NCBI GenBank assembly: GCA_024277855.1
Contig: JAJRUJ010000113.1
Coordinates: forward strand, 8,889 to 72,888
DNA: 64,000 bases
Reading direction: 5' to 3'
Source: Candidatus Zixiibacteriota bacterium
GTDB taxonomy: Bacteria > Zixibacteria > MSB-5A5 > WJJR01 > JAJRUJ01
The stretch's first letter is position 1, and each line of letters begins with the position of its first letter. Positions 58,586-64,000 of the stretch are shown piece by piece. Under the pieces are notes generated by a model. It was not told where the DNA came from. It made no database searches and saw nothing but the letters and a program-made list of their open reading frames with translations. Position numbers and translations under genes: made by a program.

Positions 58586-59379
58586 CACAACCATCAACAA
58601 ATATCACCGGTATTCCCAAACCAACCGTCGTGATCCTGGCGGGAGGCAAGGGACGGCGGTTGTTGCCCTACACAACGTCGTTCCCTAAACCATTGATGCC
58701 CCTGGGCGACCGTCCCATCCTGGAAATCATCCTGCGCCAATTGGCTCGCGATGGTTTCGACAAAATCACATTGGCCGTTGGTCATCTGGCGTCATTAATC
58801 GAGGCATATTGCGGCGACGGCGCGGCGTTCGGCGTCGAACTTTCATATTTGCATGAGGACACGCCCCTCGGCACAGCCGGGCCGCTGACCCAGCTTTCCC
58901 AGGCGGCCGAACACCTGCTGGTCCTCAACGGTGACATCCTCACCGACCTGGACTTTGCTGAATTCTATGCCGGTCATGTGCGACAGGGAGCAACGGCGAC
59001 AATTATGACCACCAAACAGCATCTTTCAATCGACTATGGCGTCTTACAAACCGACGACCGGGGATTCCTGCTATCCTATGATGAAAAACCACAACTGACA
59101 GTCCAGGTATCCGGCGGGGTTTATGCTTTCGCCCGGCGGGCGCTGTCCCATATCCCCCACGGGTGTCGGTTTGATTTCCCCGATTTAATTAGTGCGCTGC
59201 TCGACCGGGCCGAACCGGTCGCCACCCGGCAGTACCCCGGCCATTGGCTGGATATCGGACGTCGAGATGATTATGAACAAGCCGCAGAGTTGTTTGCCCA
59301 ACAGAGAGAATTATTTTTGCCGTCCGAAGCAATAGTCAACCATCCGTCGGGCGAGGTATTTACTCAAAATGTAAAGTAG
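58582..59379 (+). CDS. Sugar-phosphate nucleotidyltransferase (NDP-sugar pyrophosphorylase family)
   Basis: VVILAGGKGRRL...PKPLMP motif. Confidence 0.7.
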   Translation: MTQPSTNITGIPKPTVVILAGGKGRRLLPYTTSFPKPLMPLGDRPILEIILRQLARDGFDKITLAVGHLASLIEAYCGDGAAFGVELSYLHEDTPLGTAGPLTQLSQAAEHLLVLNGDILTDLDFAEFYAGHVRQGATATIMTTKQHLSIDYGVLQTDDRGFLLSYDEKPQLTVQVSGGVYAFARRALSHIPHGCRFDFPDLISALLDRAEPVATRQYPGHWLDIGRRDDYEQAAELFAQQRELFLPSEAIVNHPSGEVFTQNVK

Positions 59380-59397
59380 AGGGAATCGGGATACGTA

Positions 59398-60588
59398 ATG
59401 CAGGAAACTGCCGCCAACAGCACAGTAGTAGACCTTACCTCGCGGTTTCAAATTGGCCGTCGCGGTACGTCAGGCATTGCAACTCCGATTCGCCGAAAGA
59501 CGGCCGCGCGTGCCGAAGTCATTGAGGCGGTCACCGACTGGTTGTTGCGGGCAGAAACCGTCGCCGAGGGCGCCGGTATTTCGGGATCATATCATCTACA
59601 ATCAGGTTGGGCCTCTCCCTCGTTGCCGGTTTCGGCCATGGCGATATCGTCGCTGCTCGGTCTCCCGCAATCGCTCAACAGTCGATTCCACGACATAGGC
59701 CGACGTCTCGGCAAAAACCTTATTGACTGTTTTCGGGCCAATGAGAATAGTCTTGAGCGGCAAACCGACGCCGCGTTGGTCGCAATCACTTCCGGGACGA
59801 TATCAAGCGCCGCCGCCCTGGTCGGGCAGGCCCCTGGCGATCAGACTGTTTTGGCCATGCTTCACGCCGGTACTTTATTGGCTGAAAAATGCCGGGAACA
59901 TGACCATGCCGACTGCTTATGTCTATCAGACCTGGCCCGGGCCGCCCGGGCGCTCCTCCAATTGCCGCTCCCCGCTCTCGATGGACAACTCTGCGCCTCG
60001 GCCTTCGATTGCGGCGAAAAAGTTTGCCGCCGGATTGCCGACGACGGTTACCCCCGAGGGTCCAGGGATCGCGCAATCACCGGCCCGGCGCTGATCGAAA
60101 TCAGCCATACACTTTACCATTTGTGGACAGCGGGTAAAACGGCAAATGAAAACCACTGGTGTGATGCGGCCGCCCGAGGCGCCGAGAAATTGCTGCAACT
60201 ATACGCGAAAAATCGAATGCTCGCGGGACGATATGGTCCCGATTGGCACGGCGACCATTCATTCAGTTGTCTGGCGGGCTGTGCGCAAACCGCGCTGCTG
60301 TGGTTGAATCTTTATCAACATACCAAATCCCGAGAGTATCTCCACGCCGCTCAACGACTAAACCGATTTATCGCCGCCACTATCGATATCCACAATCCCG
60401 ATCCCGGGATCCGTGGCGGTGTACGGGCCGGTTACCCGCTCTGGGTGAACTACCATCCGCTGACCTATCAAACCGAAGCGGCCATTCTGGCGCTGAATAG
60501 TTTCCTCACCGAGAAACAAGCAACCGAAGTCGATATGCCGATTCGTAAGTTGCGCCTGGTCCGCCCGGCGCCGAGCAGGCATATCTGA
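59398..60588 (+). CDS. Hypothetical protein, possibly alpha/alpha-toroid fold
   Basis: 396-aa ORF inside the EPS operon. No confident family. Confidence 0.4.
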   Translation: MQETAANSTVVDLTSRFQIGRRGTSGIATPIRRKTAARAEVIEAVTDWLLRAETVAEGAGISGSYHLQSGWASPSLPVSAMAISSLLGLPQSLNSRFHDIGRRLGKNLIDCFRANENSLERQTDAALVAITSGTISSAAALVGQAPGDQTVLAMLHAGTLLAEKCREHDHADCLCLSDLARAARALLQLPLPALDGQLCASAFDCGEKVCRRIADDGYPRGSRDRAITGPALIEISHTLYHLWTAGKTANENHWCDAAARGAEKLLQLYAKNRMLAGRYGPDWHGDHSFSCLAGCAQTALLWLNLYQHTKSREYLHAAQRLNRFIAATIDIHNPDPGIRGGVRAGYPLWVNYHPLTYQTEAAILALNSFLTEKQATEVDMPIRKLRLVRPAPSRHI

Positions 60589-60607
60589 AGCCCGGAGGGA
60601 GGCCGGC

Positions 60608-61420
60608 ATGGTTACTACCACAAATCGGGTCCTGGAATATACGACATTGCCTCAAGAGTTGTCTGCCGTGCAGGGTCGGAATCTGAACGGCCGCGTCGCG
60701 GTTGTTTCCGGCGCTTCTCACGGTATCGGGAGATGTGTCGCCTTGCATCTGGCCCAACACGGGGCGGCGATTGCGGTCAATTATTTCCAATCGCCCGATG
60801 ATGCAGAGACTGTGACACAAACTATCAGATCGTTTCATACCGACGTTCTCCCGGTCTGCGCGGATATCCGCAGCGAGGACGCTACTCAACAAATGGTAAA
60901 TGAGATCATCGAAGAATTCGGCCGCGTGGACATCCTGGTCAACAATGCCGGGATCAATCGTGATGTTTGTTTTCACCAAATGACCCGGCGGGCCTGGGAT
61001 GAAGTGCTCAGTGTCAATTTGGCGGGTGTGTTCAATTTGACCCGCGCGATCATCAACCCGATGCGCCAGCGCAAGTATGGCAAAATAATAAACATCGCGT
61101 CCATGGCGGGCCAATGCGGTGCAACGTGCCAGACAAACTACGCCGCCGCCAAATCCGCAATTATCGGCTTTACCAAATCTCTCGCCCGGGAAAACGCAGA
61201 AATGGGCATTGTTGTCAACGCGGTGGCCCCGGGATGCATCGAGACCCGCGCCCTGCAATCGCTGCCCAAAAATGAGAGAGACAAACTATTAGCGACCATC
61301 CCGATGAAACGGTTCGGCCGCCCGGAAGAAGTGGCCCAGGTTGTCGGTTTTCTCGCCAGCGACCATTCGCGGTACATCACCGGGCAAATCATCGGCATCA
61401 ATGGCGGGCAATACATGTGA
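60608..61420 (+). CDS. Short-chain dehydrogenase/reductase (FabG-like)
   Basis: VVSGASHGIG, NNAGI, and YAAAKSA (catalytic YxxxK). Confidence 0.8.
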   Translation: MVTTTNRVLEYTTLPQELSAVQGRNLNGRVAVVSGASHGIGRCVALHLAQHGAAIAVNYFQSPDDAETVTQTIRSFHTDVLPVCADIRSEDATQQMVNEIIEEFGRVDILVNNAGINRDVCFHQMTRRAWDEVLSVNLAGVFNLTRAIINPMRQRKYGKIINIASMAGQCGATCQTNYAAAKSAIIGFTKSLARENAEMGIVVNAVAPGCIETRALQSLPKNERDKLLATIPMKRFGRPEEVAQVVGFLASDHSRYITGQIIGINGGQYM

Positions 61421-61460
61421 GCCCGGCGTATCCCCATTTATCGAATAATCGATATAACAA

Positions 61461-63632
61461 ATGATGAAATCAGCACAGCAAATAACGCTCAAACTGGCTA
61501 AACGCCTGCGGCACCGTCGGGAGAAATATCTTTCTTATCTGCATACTCCCGCACCCAGCGACTCACTGCCGAAGAAAAATAATCGGCAAGCTGATCCGGG
61601 GAAACACGGCCCGGAGGCCGTCATTTTTTTCACGCCGGAGCAGCGAAAAAACCTGGCCAAATTGGCTCTGAAACATAGTCCCGTATCGTGCCGCGCCACC
61701 ATCGATCGGGCCGACCAACTTTGCGCGGGCCAATTATTTGTCTTCGGCGACCGGGTCGACATATCGTCAAAAATCGATTGGCATACCGACCCCCGCACCG
61801 GCCATTCCTGGCCGGACAAACCGGCGGCCCAAATCCCGCTGATTTACTACGACGACAAGTCCGACGTGAAAGCACCCTGGGAATTGGCCCGATTTCAATT
61901 TTTCAATGACCTGGGGCGGGCCTTCGCCTACACCGACGATGCCCGGTATGTGCGATTGGCGCGACGGACCATCGAGTCGTTTTACCGGGTTAACCCGTTG
62001 GGAATCGGCATACATTGGGCCAATCCGATGGAAGCCGCGATTCGCGCGGCAAACTGGATTGTCGCCGATGCGTTTTTTGCCGGTGCGACAGAATGGGATG
62101 CACCATTCAGAAATCGGTTGAAAGTACTGCTCTACGATCACGGGCGTTTTATCCGTTCACACCTCGAAAACGACGGACACGGAATCAACAACAATCATTA
62201 TACCGCAAACCTGGCCGGGCTGTTTATTATCGGTCTGTACCTGAGCGAAATCGATCCTGGTCGCTTATGGTCACAATTCGCTGTCGATGAACTCGATCGC
62301 GAGATCGATTTGCAAATCCTCCCGGATGGCGTCCACTATGAAAATTCGGTCGGGTATCATCGCCTGACATTTGAAATGTTATTTTACACATACCGTCTTG
62401 GTTTGCTCAACGGCATAGGCGAAGTCAGACGCTGGGAACCTGCCTTGCAACGAATGGCGGCATTTACCGAAAACATCATCATGCCCAATGGGCGGGCACC
62501 CGATTTCGGTGATAACGATGACGGGCTATGGCTTGGCTCTCCCCCGCGACCACCGGACGACCACAAATATATTGTCGCGATGGCCGCTGCACAGTTTGGC
62601 CGAACTGACCCGGCATCGTTATTCACCAGCGACAACGAACCACCCGAAGAATCAACCTGGTACCTTAATTATAAAACCGCCAAATCGGGCAAAATCCCGG
62701 CAGCCGGGCGCGTAGTTTATGACAAGTCGATTTCGAAACGGAGTGACGAAAATAGCCGGGTATCGAGTGTCTTTCGGGCATCGGGATTAGTTGTTTTCCG
62801 ATCCGACAACGGCTATGTTCTCGTTTCGGCCAATCCGGTCGGCACCGGCGGAATCGGCGGCCACAAACACAACGATCTGCTTTCTTACGTCTTTACCGTC
62901 GGTGACTCCGAAATCGTCGTCGATCCGGGAACGTATGCCTACACTGCCGACCCCGCCCTGCGCAACCAACTGCGCTCTACGGCCGCCCACAATACGGTGA
63001 CCGTCGACCGGGCCGAACAAAACCGATTTTACCCGCGCCAATTGTTCTGGGTTCGGGATGATGCCCAGCCGGAGATCTGCGCAATTTCATCGAATAAGGT
63101 CGCAGACCGTCTGGTCGTCCGGCATGATGGCTACCGACGACTCAACGGCAACGTCATTCATACGCGGCGTTTTAATTTCGATAAGGTCCATAATATTCTG
63201 GTCATTCGCGATGAATTGACCGGCAGAGGGATACACGACATTGAATCTGCGATTAATCTCGGCGACGGCACTGTCGAAATGCTCGATGCCGATCGAATTG
63301 TCCTTACATTTTCCACTCGGCGGCAGGCCGGTTTCCTCCTGGACAACAGCCAGGGCCTGACCGGCAGACTCATGCCCGGTTGGCGCTCGCGTCAATACCG
63401 GCATAAATCCCCAATGATGAGAATCGTCCGACGCGGCCATGTGCCTCTTCCCTTTAGTTGGACCACGGTGGTCGGGGTATTTGAATCCGAAGTGGACTGG
63501 GACCACCTGCAATGTGCCCTCGTCGACGCAATTGAGAACGATTCGAACAGCGATTCGAACAGCGATTCGAACAGCGATTCGACCGTTCGCTTCCAACAAC
63601 CAGAGTTGATAATAAATGGTGAGATAGCATGA
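61461..63632 (+). CDS. Heparinase II/III-like (polysaccharide lyase/epimerase-like) family protein with a C-terminal (DSNS)n tail
   Basis: Central alpha/alpha toroid region and C-terminal beta-sandwich with a GGHKHND motif typical of Hepar_II_III. Confidence 0.6.
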   Translation: MMKSAQQITLKLAKRLRHRREKYLSYLHTPAPSDSLPKKNNRQADPGKHGPEAVIFFTPEQRKNLAKLALKHSPVSCRATIDRADQLCAGQLFVFGDRVDISSKIDWHTDPRTGHSWPDKPAAQIPLIYYDDKSDVKAPWELARFQFFNDLGRAFAYTDDARYVRLARRTIESFYRVNPLGIGIHWANPMEAAIRAANWIVADAFFAGATEWDAPFRNRLKVLLYDHGRFIRSHLENDGHGINNNHYTANLAGLFIIGLYLSEIDPGRLWSQFAVDELDREIDLQILPDGVHYENSVGYHRLTFEMLFYTYRLGLLNGIGEVRRWEPALQRMAAFTENIIMPNGRAPDFGDNDDGLWLGSPPRPPDDHKYIVAMAAAQFGRTDPASLFTSDNEPPEESTWYLNYKTAKSGKIPAAGRVVYDKSISKRSDENSRVSSVFRASGLVVFRSDNGYVLVSANPVGTGGIGGHKHNDLLSYVFTVGDSEIVVDPGTYAYTADPALRNQLRSTAAHNTVTVDRAEQNRFYPRQLFWVRDDAQPEICAISSNKVADRLVVRHDGYRRLNGNVIHTRRFNFDKVHNILVIRDELTGRGIHDIESAINLGDGTVEMLDADRIVLTFSTRRQAGFLLDNSQGLTGRLMPGWRSRQYRHKSPMMRIVRRGHVPLPFSWTTVVGVFESEVDWDHLQCALVDAIENDSNSDSNSDSNSDSTVRFQQPELIINGEIA
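63540..63587 (+). repeat. 12-bp tandem repeat (gattcgaacagc) x3.7 encoding (DSNS)n
   Basis: Read directly. Confidence 0.85.
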
Positions 63633-64000
63633 GCATTCGCGGGCAAAATATCATTTGTCTGGCATCGCAGAATTACGACGATCTCTGGACTCGAAAACAA
63701 CGCTGGATGAACCGTCTGGCCGCCGACAATCGTGTTCTTTGGGTCGATTTGCAGGTGCATGCCCTCACCTGGCTGCGCACCCCGAAGCAAAACCGCCGAC
63801 GGTTTTTTACCGGCAACCTTCGCCAAGAAGCGGAAAACCTCTGGGTCTATACTCCACCGGTTACGATTCCATTTTTCCAGATGTCGGGCGCGCTGTGCCG
63901 GGCGCACAATGTCGTATTAAATCGCCTCATCCGGAAACAATTGGCCAATCTCGGTTTTGAGAAGAATGTGCTCTGGCTTTATACGCCTTACAATGCATAC
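63629..64000 (+). CDS. Partial ORF (runs off the window), putative glycosyltransferase-like
   Basis: ATG 63629 overlaps the upstream stop (ATGA). Open frame to the window end: MSIRGQNIICLASQNYDDLW... The functional call is weak. Confidence 0.35.
   Translation, partial: MSIRGQNIICLASQNYDDLWTRKQRWMNRLAADNRVLWVDLQVHALTWLRTPKQNRRRFFTGNLRQEAENLWVYTPPVTIPFFQMSGALCRAHNVVLNRLIRKQLANLGFEKNVLWLYTPYNAY

Overview
This is a high-GC (~60%) bacterial chromosomal segment with dense coding on both strands. The calls below come from reading the translated ORFs for family-level motifs, so product names are family-level inferences, not database hits.

Contents in order:
- 168-1673: a REC-GAF-HD-GYP response regulator, preceded by a perfect inverted repeat.
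- 1797-3692: a GT39/ArnT-like membrane glycosyltransferase with C-terminal TPR repeats.
- 3805-3881: tRNA-Gly(GCC), followed by a ~1.4 kb AT-rich islet (3.9-5.3 kb) with one nuclease-like ORF.
- 16855-5596: a tightly packed, co-oriented minus-strand array of 15 genes. It contains a tail-less, packaging-less phage head-morphogenesis module (prohead protease fusion, DUF2190 decoration-like protein, HK97-like major capsid protein), a BNR-like beta-propeller protein, several secreted proteins and an LpoB-like lipoprotein pair.
- 16922-16950: a sigma70-like promoter with a perfect GAAC-N4-GTTC (Cheo/DinR-type LexA) palindrome between its -35 and -10 elements, reading rightward.
- 16977-20421: a Cys-rich zinc-ribbon ORF, a COG1943/IS200-like transposase remnant with an in-frame TAA, and a Ski2-like helicase.
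- 20460-23623: a TPR protein, recN, and a small zinc-ribbon protein.
- 23892-25823: a PEGA/TPR envelope protein whose long N-terminal reading frame is interrupted by a single in-frame TAG.
- 25903-27506: an NSS sodium symporter with a translationally coupled 43-aa membrane ORF.
- 27757-33652: split LKR/SDH saccharopine-pathway genes, oligopeptidase B, and a DtxR-family regulator.
- 34159-35178: a highly basic TRK-repeat protein built from 42-bp tandem repeats.
- 35339-43467: murQ, coaX, a two-CW cysteine-motif protein, an M48 protease fused to PD40 repeats, PhoU and a Na/Pi transporter, and an SGNH hydrolase.
- 43540-50056: a 1987-aa GAF/multi-PAS histidine kinase with its response regulator.
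- 50412-64000: an exopolysaccharide locus (rmlA-C-B-D, Gfo/Idh oxidoreductase, Wza-like exporter, wecB, a nucleotidyltransferase, an SDR, a heparinase II/III-like protein, and a partial glycosyltransferase).

I found no CRISPR array, integrase, terminase or portal.
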